Shown here in pieces: positions 1 to 9,909 of a stretch of 64,000 nt of DNA (within the stretch, counting starts at the first letter, position 1; each line of letters opens with the position of its first letter). This stretch comes from Patescibacteria group bacterium (GTDB lineage: Bacteria; Patescibacteriota; Patescibacteriia; Patescibacteriales; UBA12075): the NCBI GenBank assembly GCA_018897195.1, contig JAHILH010000001.1, forward strand, positions 412,565 through 476,564, read 5' to 3'. The notes beneath the pieces were generated by a model. The model saw nothing but the letters and a program-made list of their open reading frames with translations, did no database searches and was not told the origin of the DNA. Both the position numbers and the translations under genes were made by a program.

Positions 1-142
1 TTTTACCAGCCACCCAATCAGTCGCTCTATTATAATAAGCGCCAGCATCGATAACGGCTGCAAAAATAACCAATAAGGTTACCAAAATGAAAGATCTCCA
101 AACCTTTCCCCTCTGACTTGGTTGAAATACTTTTTTAATCAT
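1..142 (-). CDS. hypothetical membrane-anchored protein, N-terminal fragment (gene continues past window start)
   Basis: ATG at 142-140 on the minus strand reads MIKKVFQPSQRGKVWRSFILVTLLVIFAAVIDAGAYYNRATDWVAGK to the window edge. One hydrophobic helix. Absent from the ORF track because it is truncated. Confidence 0.4.
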   Translation of the reverse strand, partial: MIKKVFQPSQRGKVWRSFILVTLLVIFAAVIDAGAYYNRATDWVAGK

Positions 143-311
143 AGTGTTAAGTTATATTAATAAATAAATTAATTAAATTCTAAAATAATATAATCCGCCG
201 CAAGGGACGGAAGTTGCTTATCCACACTTAGCCATTTTTTCTAAGTAATAGCTATATTTTAAAGCAACATTAAATAAATTGCAATATTGACAAAGATAAA
301 TTTCTATGTTG

Positions 312-348
312 AAAAATAAAAAACCCGATATTTTCTCAGAATATCGGG
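312..348 (-). terminator. rho-independent terminator after the HD-domain gene
   Basis: Hairpin cccgatat/atatcggg followed by a T-run on the minus strand, immediately 3' of the stop at 353. Confidence 0.6.
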
Positions 349-352
349 TTTG

Positions 353-1117
353 TCAAAATAATGTTGGCTGTCTGCGCTTTCTTTGATAGCGCATAATCAC
401 CCTTTTTGGCACTTTTAAGGCCAATTTAGCCATAACAACTGCTTCTTGTACTGCCATATAAAGCTTTTCCCCTTCTTTGGCGTATCTGTAGTCAGACTGA
501 GAAATTTTTTCCCCAAGCGGATAAACAAATCTCTCAGTTTCCTTTATATATCTATAAAGCTTCTTCTTGGTAAAAGGTTTTTTAGGACCCTGCCTTACTT
601 CGCCAGGATTTTCTCTAACAACCGGCCTCTTTAAATATAGATTTTTAGCCATATTTCTTAAGTTGTGATACCTGTCGGCTAATTTTACTATAATGCTATC
701 AAAATCCCTTATAATCAAACGAAAATGTTCCCTGTCAGACATATCATCTTTCTTGGTCACCCTATGAACAATTGAATATACTTGTTCTGGATAATCCTCT
801 TCAATTTCTTCCAAAATTTTTTCACTGACATCTTCCGGAGCATCATGTAAATAAGCCGCTGCTGAGATTACCGGCTCATCAACCCCAAACCAAATCAAAA
901 TTTTAACAACTTTTTCTGGATGAGTTTTTACCGGCTTACCATCCAGCCTAAATGTGTTATTATGCATACCACCAGAACAATCGTGGGCTTTTTCAACTAC
1001 ACCAGTTTTATCCCTAGCCATTGCATCTTTCACGCTGACTTCATCCCATGGTCTTTTTGCAAAATATTTAATTAATTTCATCGGATATTCATGAATATCC
1101 TGATTTTTACTAGACAT
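353..1117 (-). CDS. HD-domain protein resembling the RelA/SpoT (p)ppGpp hydrolase domain (small alarmone hydrolase-like)
   Basis: Motifs AAYLHDAPED and KLADRYHNLRNM match the LHDxxED and KLADRLHNMR signatures of the SpoT/Mesh1 HD hydrolase domain. No synthetase domain is present. Confidence 0.7.
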   Translation of the reverse strand: MSSKNQDIHEYPMKLIKYFAKRPWDEVSVKDAMARDKTGVVEKAHDCSGGMHNNTFRLDGKPVKTHPEKVVKILIWFGVDEPVISAAAYLHDAPEDVSEKILEEIEEDYPEQVYSIVHRVTKKDDMSDREHFRLIIRDFDSIIVKLADRYHNLRNMAKNLYLKRPVVRENPGEVRQGPKKPFTKKKLYRYIKETERFVYPLGEKISQSDYRYAKEGEKLYMAVQEAVVMAKLALKVPKRVIMRYQRKRRQPTLF

Positions 1118-1212
1118 ATCCGCGCCTCCGTAGTTTATAGGTTATTTGTCAATGTTCAATATAGACCTCAACCTTACCCAAAAAATAGTATTTTGTCAAG
1201 GTTAATTTGTCA

Positions 1213-1248
1213 AATAAAAAAACCAGTCCCGATGACTCGGGACTGGTT
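1213..1248 (-). terminator. rho-independent terminator after ahcY
   Basis: Hairpin aaccagtcccg/cgggactggtt followed by a T-run on the minus strand. Confidence 0.65.
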
Positions 1249-1261
1249 ATCAAAATACCTA

Positions 1262-2674
1262 TTAATAACGATATCTATCTGGCTTATACGGCCCTTCGAC
1301 GGCCACATCAATATATTTCGCCTGTTCATCAGATAATTGCGTCAAAGTCACACCCAATTTATCTAAATGCAGTCTAGCCACCTCTTCATCAAGTCTTTTT
1401 GGCAAAGTATAAACACCGATTTCGTAATCCTTTTCCCAAAGTTCGATTTGTGCCAAGACCTGGTTTGTAAATGAAGCGCTCATCACAAAACTAGGATGAC
1501 CAGTTGCATTACCAAGATTTACTAAACGACCACGAGACAAAAGCACGATTGCGTGTCCGTCTGGGAAAACAAATTTATCAACTTGTGGTTTGATATTAAT
1601 TTCTTTAATACCATTATACTTTTCTAATTTTTCAACTTGAATTTCATTATCAAAATGTCCGATGTTACAAACAATTGATTCATCTTTCATTTTTTCCATG
1701 TGCTCCACGGTAATAATATCACGATTACCTGTTGTTGTTACATAAATATCACCTTCATCCAAAGCTTGTTCCACTGTCTTCACTTCAAAGCCCTCCATTG
1801 CCGCTTGCAAAGCACAAATTGGATCAACCTCAGTCACAATCACGCGTGCGCCAAAACCGCGCATACTCTGTGCGCAACCCTTGCCAACATCGCCATAACC
1901 ACAAATAACGGCGATTTTGCCAGCCACCATCACATCAGTACCTCGCTTGATACCATCGGCCAAACTTTCGCGACAACCGTAAAGATTGTCGAATTTACTT
2001 TTGGTTACAGAATCATTCACGTTGATGGCTGGGAATAATAATCTCTTCTTTTCTGACATCTGATAAAGTCTATGAACACCAGTCGTCGTCTCCTCGGATA
2101 CGCCCTTCACGTCTTTGATTATACCGCTCCAAAAAGTCGGATTCTCTTTATACATCCGAGCCAAAATTTTCATCAACTCTTTTTCGTCTTCACCTTTATC
2201 TGAATAATCTTTTTCCAAAATACTGGAATCCTTTTCAATCTCCACGCCCAAGTGCAACATCAAGGTCGCGTCAGAGCCGTCATCTACGATCAAATTTGGA
2301 CCCTTGCCACCTGGAAACATAAACGCTTGCTCTGTGCACCACCAATATTCTTCCAAAGTTTCACCCTTCCAAGCATAAACAGGCACGCCCGCTTTGGCAA
2401 TTGCTGCCGCTGCATGATCTTGGGTAGAATAAATATTACAAGAAACCCAACGCACATCTGCGCCCAACTCAACCAATGTTTCAATCAGTACCGCAGTTTG
2501 AATAGTCATGTGTAGACTGCCCAAAATACGTGCTCCAGCAAGCGGTTTCTGTTTGCTAAATTTTTCACGCAAAGCCATTAGGCCCGGCATTTCTTTTTCA
2601 GCGATAACGATTTCCTTTCGGCCGTAATCAGCCAAACTAATGTCTTTGATTTTAAAATCCTCTGTGTTTGTCAT
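1262..2674 (-). CDS. ahcY: S-adenosyl-L-homocysteine hydrolase
   Basis: Full-length 470-aa match to the AhcY pattern: [32 protein letters not shown], and the NAD-binding GYGDVGKG. Confidence 0.95.
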   Translation of the reverse strand: MTNTEDFKIKDISLADYGRKEIVIAEKEMPGLMALREKFSKQKPLAGARILGSLHMTIQTAVLIETLVELGADVRWVSCNIYSTQDHAAAAIAKAGVPVYAWKGETLEEYWWCTEQAFMFPGGKGPNLIVDDGSDATLMLHLGVEIEKDSSILEKDYSDKGEDEKELMKILARMYKENPTFWSGIIKDVKGVSEETTTGVHRLYQMSEKKRLLFPAINVNDSVTKSKFDNLYGCRESLADGIKRGTDVMVAGKIAVICGYGDVGKGCAQSMRGFGARVIVTEVDPICALQAAMEGFEVKTVEQALDEGDIYVTTTGNRDIITVEHMEKMKDESIVCNIGHFDNEIQVEKLEKYNGIKEINIKPQVDKFVFPDGHAIVLLSRGRLVNLGNATGHPSFVMSASFTNQVLAQIELWEKDYEIGVYTLPKRLDEEVARLHLDKLGVTLTQLSDEQAKYIDVAVEGPYKPDRYRY

Positions 2675-3687
2675 AAATTCTTATATTTAGAAATTAAATT
2701 ATGATGTTTTTTGTCCATACGCGCGCCCATGCTCGCCACCACCAAGGCGGAGACATGACTAGCAATTTCGCCAGCTTCTTGCAAATTCAAACCATTAACT
2801 AGGCCGTGCAAAATACCGGCAGCGTACATATCACCTGCCCCGTTCGTATTTACCATCTCCACCTTGTGCGGTTCAATATTATAAACTTTACCATTTTCTT
2901 TAATCAAGCTTCCCTTCGCTCCTAGTTTTACTACCGCAATCTTGCAGTTATCTGCAATATCGTGTAGCGCTTCAGTTGAGTCTTTTTTATCCGTAAATTC
3001 AGACGCCTCTTCTTCATTGGCAAAAACAATGTCCACATGCTCACGCACTACGTCCTGAAATAGTTTTTTATTGCGCTGAATCAAGTGTACATCTGAAAGA
3101 TCGAGAGAAATTAAGACATTGCCTTCCTTCGCAATGCCCACAGCGTGCATCACCGCATCGTAAGTATTAGGATTCTCCAATTGATATGCCTCAATATGTA
3201 AGATTTTACTATGTCGAACTACATTTTCATCAACATGTTTTTTGACAAAATTAGCCGACGCACCCAAATGAGTCGCCATCGTTCTTTCTCCATCTGGTGT
3301 GATAAAAATGATTGAATGCCCGGTCATATCGCGATCATGACGCAAAAGATGTGATACGATTCCCTCTTTTTCAATTTCTTCGCTATATCTACGACCATGA
3401 CTATCATCGCCAATCATGCCCAAAAAAGAAGTACGATTGCCCAGGAGATTAACGCCTGAAAGCGTATTAGCCGCAGAGCCACCCGGTGATAATTCATGAG
3501 CCACGTGACTAAGTTCATTTAAGATGTTTTTACTTTCCGCTTCGGAAATCAAATTCATCGAACCTTTTTTGATTTTTAAATCATCGAGAACTTTATCTTC
3601 GATATTAATTACAATATCAAGTAAGGGACTGCCGATGCCCAAAAGATCCCAATGCTTATTTTTAACTGTTGTGTTTTCAGTTTTCAT
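2671..3687 (-). CDS. PfkB-family kinase, probably adenosine kinase
   Basis: PfkB signatures GGSAANT and [14 protein letters not shown]. The stop overlaps the ahcY start as ATGA, which fits adenosine removal after SAH hydrolysis. Confidence 0.75.
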   Translation of the reverse strand: MKTENTTVKNKHWDLLGIGSPLLDIVINIEDKVLDDLKIKKGSMNLISEAESKNILNELSHVAHELSPGGSAANTLSGVNLLGNRTSFLGMIGDDSHGRRYSEEIEKEGIVSHLLRHDRDMTGHSIIFITPDGERTMATHLGASANFVKKHVDENVVRHSKILHIEAYQLENPNTYDAVMHAVGIAKEGNVLISLDLSDVHLIQRNKKLFQDVVREHVDIVFANEEEASEFTDKKDSTEALHDIADNCKIAVVKLGAKGSLIKENGKVYNIEPHKVEMVNTNGAGDMYAAGILHGLVNGLNLQEAGEIASHVSALVVASMGARMDKKHHNLISKYKNL

Positions 3688-3794
3688 ATTTTTTCATAAT
3701 AGCATATTTTCATTTATGTGCCAATTTTTTTACTCACAAAAAAAATACAGACTAATTATTTTAGTATGTATTTTTTAAAAAAATTTTTCAAACA

Positions 3795-5342
3795 TTAACG
3801 ACTCTTGGGCGTCACCCAAAAACCCATATATTTCCCAAACATCAGCTTGGTTTGTGAGTCCAACCCCGGAATTGAGCCAAAAACGATAATACTGACAGGC
3901 AGAATTACCCATTGCACCGGAATTAATAATGTTTTCCAAAAACTATAACCATCAGGTCTTTTTGGCAATAATAAAGTCGCGATAATTGAAGATAGCACCA
4001 AGCCAGACATGGCAAAGGTCATCAAAGCTCTGGTTACCATTGGTAGATTGGTTGATAAGGTAGTAGAGTTAAAAGCCGCCCCGCCCAAAAACAATGGCAT
4101 CCAACCAATAACAGCAATAATCAAAGCATTGGTCGCCCAAGAATGAAAACCATACAATTGAGTAAAAATTCGACTAATCATGGTCATCTTTGGATAAGTC
4201 TTCCAATTTTTAATAGTATTAAAAATTAAATAAGGTAAATTCTCCACACCCCAACCCCAACGTCTTTGTTGTTTATAAAGACTAGTTGCCGTCGCCTTCA
4301 AGGTCTTGTCCATACACGCATCCATTGAGACAGGATAGTTCATCGGCTCGACGCGGTAGTCACCTTTGTAATAACAAAAGCAATGCCAAAAAATACGCGA
4401 ATCTTCACTCACCATTTTCGTTGACCAAAAACCAATATCCACCAAAGCGCGCCAAGTCATGGAATGCGAGGAATAGGTCGCCAATTTTTCTTGGCGAATC
4501 TGTTGCATCATCTGCCAAAAAGTATTAGATGAAGCGGCAATGCGGGCAAAGAAAGGGGCTTGCCAAATATTATTATGATAAACCGGAATCGGCTGATAAC
4601 TCGCGCGATAGGGATTGGGTACAGTCAAAAATTTGTAAGTCAGGTTGTAGAAATAATCCGGATAAATAACAGTATCAATATCAAAAACGCTCACCAAAAT
4701 CTTGTCATAATCAATATTATTCTTATCAACATAGTCACGCTTCAAGGCACTCGCCGCCCAGGCCTGGTTCGCACCCTTACCCTTCAGTTCACCCTCAATG
4801 CCATCTGGATGAAAGAAGACAAAAAAATCTTTAAACTTGTGCCCGAATTCATTTTTAATTTTCTCCGCATTAATGTGTGCTATTTCGCCGCCCCGCTCCT
4901 CAACTGCCAACACCACCACCATTTTATCAACTGGGTAATTACTAAATAACATCGCTGAAAAACTTGTCCGAATTACTTCAATGCTCTCATTATATGTCGG
5001 AAAAAAAACCAAGTGAATAACATCATCCCAGGCCATGGTCTTGCCCTCAATATTCACCGCTCCCAATTCATGACACTTCTGCCCCCAATCAATTTTAATA
5101 TTTTTTTTCAAACGATCATAGGCCACCAATAAATGCACGCCCAGAAACACCACCAAGAGCAACCAGTACACATCGAAAGCGATAATAAAGAAGGCTACAA
5201 AAACAGGCTGCCAATAAGACAGCGCTAATAACAAAAACAAAGTCGCCCACGACAAAAAGCCAGGCAAGATTTCCAACCACCGATACAAACGGCGATCATC
5301 ACCGGTTAACTCTGTTGCTTTTCCAATTTTTAAATAATCCAT
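3795..5342 (-). CDS. membrane-embedded processive family-2 glycosyltransferase (cellulose/chitin-synthase-like)
   Basis: Motifs VFDIDT, SEDSRIFW and QQRRWGWG (QxxRW), with several TM helices at both ends. Confidence 0.75.
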   Translation of the reverse strand: MDYLKIGKATELTGDDRRLYRWLEILPGFLSWATLFLLLALSYWQPVFVAFFIIAFDVYWLLLVVFLGVHLLVAYDRLKKNIKIDWGQKCHELGAVNIEGKTMAWDDVIHLVFFPTYNESIEVIRTSFSAMLFSNYPVDKMVVVLAVEERGGEIAHINAEKIKNEFGHKFKDFFVFFHPDGIEGELKGKGANQAWAASALKRDYVDKNNIDYDKILVSVFDIDTVIYPDYFYNLTYKFLTVPNPYRASYQPIPVYHNNIWQAPFFARIAASSNTFWQMMQQIRQEKLATYSSHSMTWRALVDIGFWSTKMVSEDSRIFWHCFCYYKGDYRVEPMNYPVSMDACMDKTLKATATSLYKQQRRWGWGVENLPYLIFNTIKNWKTYPKMTMISRIFTQLYGFHSWATNALIIAVIGWMPLFLGGAAFNSTTLSTNLPMVTRALMTFAMSGLVLSSIIATLLLPKRPDGYSFWKTLLIPVQWVILPVSIIVFGSIPGLDSQTKLMFGKYMGFWVTPKSR

Positions 5343-5394
5343 ACAGCTACAATGCTAATCCGCGAATAAATACTAATCTGCGAATAGCGAATAA

Positions 5395-6048
5395 TTATTT
5401 TTTATCTTCTTTTAATAAAAAACTTCCTAAAAAATATAATACGTAAAAGAAAACTGTAAACACGAGGAAATTAATAAAATAATTCCATTCCGTCAAATAC
5501 AATAAAGCATCTTTCATAATTAAGCCGGGAAAATAAAACATCTCCCAACTATTCCAACGATTTACCAGCCCCAATAGGACACCCAAGGATATCAAGGGAA
5601 TAATACCGACTATAAAAGAATTCGCCACTGTCTTATTAAAAATAAGAATCAGTAAATTTTTCATCTGTCGCAGTAAATGCACAAAAAATATCCAGCCTAC
5701 TAAAGCATAGGTAAAAAAGACAATAATCATCCAGGCATTTTTTACACATACTCGATAAAAAGAATACGGACAGTAATTCATCAAATGGCGAACATCTGTC
5801 ATTATATAAGCAGAATTCGGCACAAAAAGCAACCATAGTAGAAACCAAAAGCCAAAAACTACCTTTTGGGTATTTTTTTCAATCTTTGTCAGATTGTAAT
5901 ACCGCACCAAAACTTTAAAAATCAACAATGGTACCAATAATAAAATAATATTCCAAACAATACCAAAAACCGGATATTCATTAATAAATAAATAACCGGG
6001 CAAATTTGAATTATAAAAAAAGTCTGAAATTATCTGATCACTACTCAT
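5395..6048 (-). CDS. polytopic membrane protein, DUF1361-like
   Basis: About 6 TM helices. The PNSAYIMTDVRHL motif resembles the DUF1361 core. Recognition is tentative. Confidence 0.45.
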   Translation of the reverse strand: MSSDQIISDFFYNSNLPGYLFINEYPVFGIVWNIILLLVPLLIFKVLVRYYNLTKIEKNTQKVVFGFWFLLWLLFVPNSAYIMTDVRHLMNYCPYSFYRVCVKNAWMIIVFFTYALVGWIFFVHLLRQMKNLLILIFNKTVANSFIVGIIPLISLGVLLGLVNRWNSWEMFYFPGLIMKDALLYLTEWNYFINFLVFTVFFYVLYFLGSFLLKEDKK

Positions 6049-6050
6049 AA

Positions 6051-8138
6051 TTAAAAATCTATTTCATCATCGTCGCCAAAATCAGTTTCTTTACTATTAT
6101 TTGTGATGACTGGTCTGGGATTTTCTTGAACAACCTTATTTTGATGATTAACAATTGACTTAACTTCTTCACAAATAACTTGCTTTGGCTGATAAGTCGC
6201 CGCCGGAAACTCCTCTCTAACAATCCTATTTGTCTGACTAACAACTGTTAAATTTTCTTCCTTAATAGTCCTATTGGACTGTACCGGCTTAGGCTGATTA
6301 TTGTTCTTTGGTCGATTCCCAAAATTAACCGGCGCCATTTTTAAAGCCTCACCCAAAGAAACCTCCTTAACATTAATAATCGGCTTTATTTCAACTCGAC
6401 CAGTTTCCTTCAATTTTTTCAATTCTCTTTCTTTCTGTAAACGACGCTCTTCAATTTCTTTATTCTTCTCCTCTCGTACTAGCGATAGACACTCCTTACA
6501 ATAAATCGGTCGAATACCATCTGGCTGAAAGGAGGTTTGTGTGTTTTTTCCACAACGATTACAACTAACATCAAATTTATAAACCTTGTTTTTGTCGTCA
6601 TTACTACTACTTCGAACCTCTTCTGTTTGCGTGTTACTTGGACGAACAATTTCAGCCGTCGGCCGACTGTTCAATTCCGGCGCTATTGGTTTTTTGTCAA
6701 AATTACTAACCCGATCTGTTGAAGGTTTTTTATCAAAATTATTTGACGGCACAGCTGTTGTTTTTTTCTCAAAATTATTAACCGGCGCCGGTCTTTTAGT
6801 CGCATCAACATTGCGCGCCGCCTCGACAAATTTAGCCTGGCGTGGTAGATCGTCATCATCCTCATCATTATGCCATTTGGCAATTTTTTCTTCAACTATC
6901 TCTCTCGGTTTTGCATATCTTTCTCGAGAAATCGCGATTACCTTTTCAAAATTACCAGTTTTCTCCTCAGCGCTTAGGGGCGGCAAACCACGCGCCGAAA
7001 AAGGATCAGAAGCAACGCCGTCAATCATTAATTTTAAATAAGTTTCATATTTGGGTAAATTCAAAATATCTTCCGCTGTAAAAGTTGGCATAAATTCCGG
7101 TTCCAAAAATTCGGCATCGGCCGCACCCACTCGAAAAGCGACAATCGTGCCCACGTTACCAAACACCGCACTCGCCACTTTCTCTGGTAATTGCTCCACG
7201 TATTGATGGGCCAAAATCAAATTCAAGCGATATTTACGCGCTTCGGATAAAATATTCGCAAAAGAATCAGTTGCAAAATTCTGAAACTCATCAACGTACA
7301 AATAAAAATCACGCCTTTCGCTTTCCGGCATATCTACGCGACTCATCGCCGCCAACTGAATCTTGGTTACAATCATTGATCCTAAAAGTTGGGAATTATC
7401 CTCACCAATTCGGCCTTTACTTAAATTCAAAATCAAAATCTTGCCCTCATCCATGATTTTGCGAATATCAATTGTTGATTTCGCCTGACCGATAATATTT
7501 CTAATTAAAGAGGTCGATAAAAACTGACCAACCTTATTCTGAATCGGCGACACCGCCTCAGAGGCAAACTTATCATTATAACTAGCGAATTCATTCACCC
7601 AAAAAGCCTTCACAACCGGATTTTGAATATTGTCCACCACCTTCTTGCGGAAATTTTTGTCTGACAAAATACGAGTCACCCCCAAAAGCGTCGAACCAGG
7701 ATAATCCAAAATCGCTAAAATGGCGTTACGCAAAATATATTCCAAGCGAGGACCCCAAGAATCCGCCCACAACTTTTGAAAAACGCCAATCAGGCCAGAG
7801 GCAACTAGATGGCGTAAGTGTGGCTCAACTTGCTCCACAATATTAAAAGCAATTGGAAAATCATAATCAGCCGGATTAAAATAAACCACGTCATTGATTC
7901 GATCATTGGGAATATATTCCATGATTTTCTCCGCCAAATCACCATGCGGATCTACCACGGCCACGCCATGACCCGCTCGAATATCACTAATAATCATATT
8001 CTCCTGAATCGTGGATTTGCCCATACCCGTCTTTCCAATCAAATACATGTGACGACGTCGATCATCACGCTTGATACCAAATTTTCTATTTTCATTTCGA
8101 TAAGTTGTCTCTGCAAACAATGCAATATCTTTATTCAT
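6051..8138 (-). CDS. TraD/VirD4-like (type IV coupling protein / HerA-FtsK superfamily) ATPase with C-terminal repeats and a zinc ribbon
   Basis: Walker A GKTGMGKST and Walker B FYLYVDEFQNF. The C-terminal region has NNF(E/D)KK repeats and CNRCGKNTQTSFQPDGIRPIYCKEC (CxxC-x17-CxxC). Confidence 0.65.
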   Translation of the reverse strand: MNKDIALFAETTYRNENRKFGIKRDDRRRHMYLIGKTGMGKSTIQENMIISDIRAGHGVAVVDPHGDLAEKIMEYIPNDRINDVVYFNPADYDFPIAFNIVEQVEPHLRHLVASGLIGVFQKLWADSWGPRLEYILRNAILAILDYPGSTLLGVTRILSDKNFRKKVVDNIQNPVVKAFWVNEFASYNDKFASEAVSPIQNKVGQFLSTSLIRNIIGQAKSTIDIRKIMDEGKILILNLSKGRIGEDNSQLLGSMIVTKIQLAAMSRVDMPESERRDFYLYVDEFQNFATDSFANILSEARKYRLNLILAHQYVEQLPEKVASAVFGNVGTIVAFRVGAADAEFLEPEFMPTFTAEDILNLPKYETYLKLMIDGVASDPFSARGLPPLSAEEKTGNFEKVIAISRERYAKPREIVEEKIAKWHNDEDDDDLPRQAKFVEAARNVDATKRPAPVNNFEKKTTAVPSNNFDKKPSTDRVSNFDKKPIAPELNSRPTAEIVRPSNTQTEEVRSSSNDDKNKVYKFDVSCNRCGKNTQTSFQPDGIRPIYCKECLSLVREEKNKEIEERRLQKERELKKLKETGRVEIKPIINVKEVSLGEALKMAPVNFGNRPKNNNQPKPVQSNRTIKEENLTVVSQTNRIVREEFPAATYQPKQVICEEVKSIVNHQNKVVQENPRPVITNNSKETDFGDDDEIDF
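6688..6795. repeat. 3 x 36-bp in-frame tandem repeat inside the ATPase gene
   Basis: Units beginning ggttttttgtcaaaatta, ggttttttatcaaaatta and gtttttttctcaaaatta, spaced 36 bp apart. They encode (V/S)NNF(E/D)KKxxxxx three times. Confidence 0.7.
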
Positions 8139-8151
8139 AAATTTTTACACC

Positions 8152-8193
8152 GTCATCCCCGCGGAGGCGGGGATCCAGGCACCTCGTACTATA
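8152..8193. repeat. solo left end of MITE family 1
   Basis: ccgtcatccccgcggaggcggggatccaggcacctcgta matches the left terminal repeat of the elements at 14742 and 23584. No right end follows. Confidence 0.7.
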
Positions 8194-8219
8194 AATCTTA
8201 ATTAAAACAAATCTTATTT

Positions 8220-9800
8220 TTATCCAAACGGCAAATTACTTGGTGGTCCACCCCTTTTCTCGACAGGTTTTTCCGCTGGCATCTCAACCGCCTTCTTAGC
8301 CGTTGGTGTTTCAAAAATATCTTCCGAGCCAAAATTACTAATATCCACCACGCCACCTTTTCGTACTTCTTTATTTCCTGACTGTGGCGCGAATACCGGC
8401 GCTGATGATTTTAGACTCTCGTCAATCTCAGCAAAAATATTTTCACTACTAACCTTCTCGGTAAAAAAATCATTATCAACTGCATTCTCAAACATCGGCA
8501 AGGTCATCGGCGGTTCAGACTTACGGCCCGGAGCCTTCTGGATCATCGGCGCCTTCACTACAAGTTCCAATGGGAAGTGCCACAGCGTTGCCAATTCTTC
8601 AATATTGAAATAACCAGCCGTTCTGCCCGCAGACATACTGCGATTTTTATAATTTTTCACTATTTTATGCTTCTTTTCGTTTAAGCGATAATTTTTGAAA
8701 AAATAATTAGCCGATGTCATCGTCTTTAAAGAGTCTGGTTTCAAACTATTTAAATCCTGTTCAATGAATTGCTTGATATACCCATTAAAACCATTAACCA
8801 CTTTCGGCTTAACCATGGTATCCTTTTTGCTAACATAAACCATTCTGATTTTTGACTTAAAACCCAGTTTGGCACTTTTCATTTGAATCGCCTCAACTTG
8901 CTTCTTTTCTTTGGGCCGCAAATTCATCATCTTTAATAATTCATCTTTCTTCTCTTCCTTCTTGGCGGATTCAAACGTAAAAAACGCATCACCAATAGAT
9001 GAAATAACAGCCATTAAAAAACCGGCCAACATATCTACAAAATTATCCTTGGCCGCTGTTTTGTCGCCTAGAATTTTTTTAATTTCCTCATCACTCTTCT
9101 TTGTCCAGGCATGATCTCCTGGCTCAATAATTATCTGATACCACATCTGTTCTCCTTTTCGCAAACTACTACACAAATCCATCAATGATGCCATTGGATC
9201 CTTAAATTGTTCCTCTGGCTTAGTGCCGTCACTAGCCAAAAACTCAGGATAAGTTTTAATCGGATAAGCGCTAGGTGCGGTTTGAATAAACTCAGCCCCC
9301 CAAACATCGTATTCAGAGTCTGGGTATTTGGTGGGTATCCCCACAGTGTAATCATCCACATCGGATATTTCCGCATCTGGATATTGTGAGTAAATCGCAG
9401 ACTCAACTAAGTTACGGAAAGCCAATGGTGTCCTGATTAAGAATTGCGTATAGCCATCAATGCTTACTATTTCCATGCTAAATGACAGTTGAAACTGCCC
9501 CTCCCAATATTTTTCAATCAAATTTTTTGAACCATGTGCTCCAGCCAAATAGGTAAAAATATTTTCCACCGCTCGTAAAGATTGAGTATTGCCTCTAGGA
9601 ATATCAATAGCTAAAAGAATCATTTTTTGAGTTTCAAACCATTTGTCCTCAATATACTCTTTCCATATATCCCAAGCCCCTACCAAAAAAACCATAGCGA
9701 CTGGAATCCAACCGACATTAACAAGCACTGTCAAAAGCAGCTCGTCGGCTGGCAATGACAAGAATTGAAATATTGGTGATAAATCTAATGAGATATTCAC
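8220..9800 (-). CDS. hypothetical membrane protein, partner of the TraD-like ATPase
   Basis: 526-aa ORF with an N-terminal TM helix, lying 80 bp upstream of and co-oriented with the ATPase. No recognisable catalytic motif. Confidence 0.5.
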   Translation of the reverse strand: MNISLDLSPIFQFLSLPADELLLTVLVNVGWIPVAMVFLVGAWDIWKEYIEDKWFETQKMILLAIDIPRGNTQSLRAVENIFTYLAGAHGSKNLIEKYWEGQFQLSFSMEIVSIDGYTQFLIRTPLAFRNLVESAIYSQYPDAEISDVDDYTVGIPTKYPDSEYDVWGAEFIQTAPSAYPIKTYPEFLASDGTKPEEQFKDPMASLMDLCSSLRKGEQMWYQIIIEPGDHAWTKKSDEEIKKILGDKTAAKDNFVDMLAGFLMAVISSIGDAFFTFESAKKEEKKDELLKMMNLRPKEKKQVEAIQMKSAKLGFKSKIRMVYVSKKDTMVKPKVVNGFNGYIKQFIEQDLNSLKPDSLKTMTSANYFFKNYRLNEKKHKIVKNYKNRSMSAGRTAGYFNIEELATLWHFPLELVVKAPMIQKAPGRKSEPPMTLPMFENAVDNDFFTEKVSSENIFAEIDESLKSSAPVFAPQSGNKEVRKGGVVDISNFGSEDIFETPTAKKAVEMPAEKPVEKRGGPPSNLPFG

Positions 9801-9909
9801 AGTTTCTCCTTTACTAATAATAAAATTATTATAACATATTTTTTATTTTTCTCAAAACGCAAAAGACTCGCAATGACGCGAGTCTTTATAAATATTCACT
9901 TTTATAATT

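Noticed and set aside
3688-3794. A SAH riboswitch upstream of the adenosine kinase-ahcY operon, and T-box leaders upstream of alaS and cysS.
   Set aside because: These intergenic regions are short, very AT-rich and lack the GC-rich pseudoknot or specifier/T-box sequences. Only promoter-like and terminator-like elements are visible.
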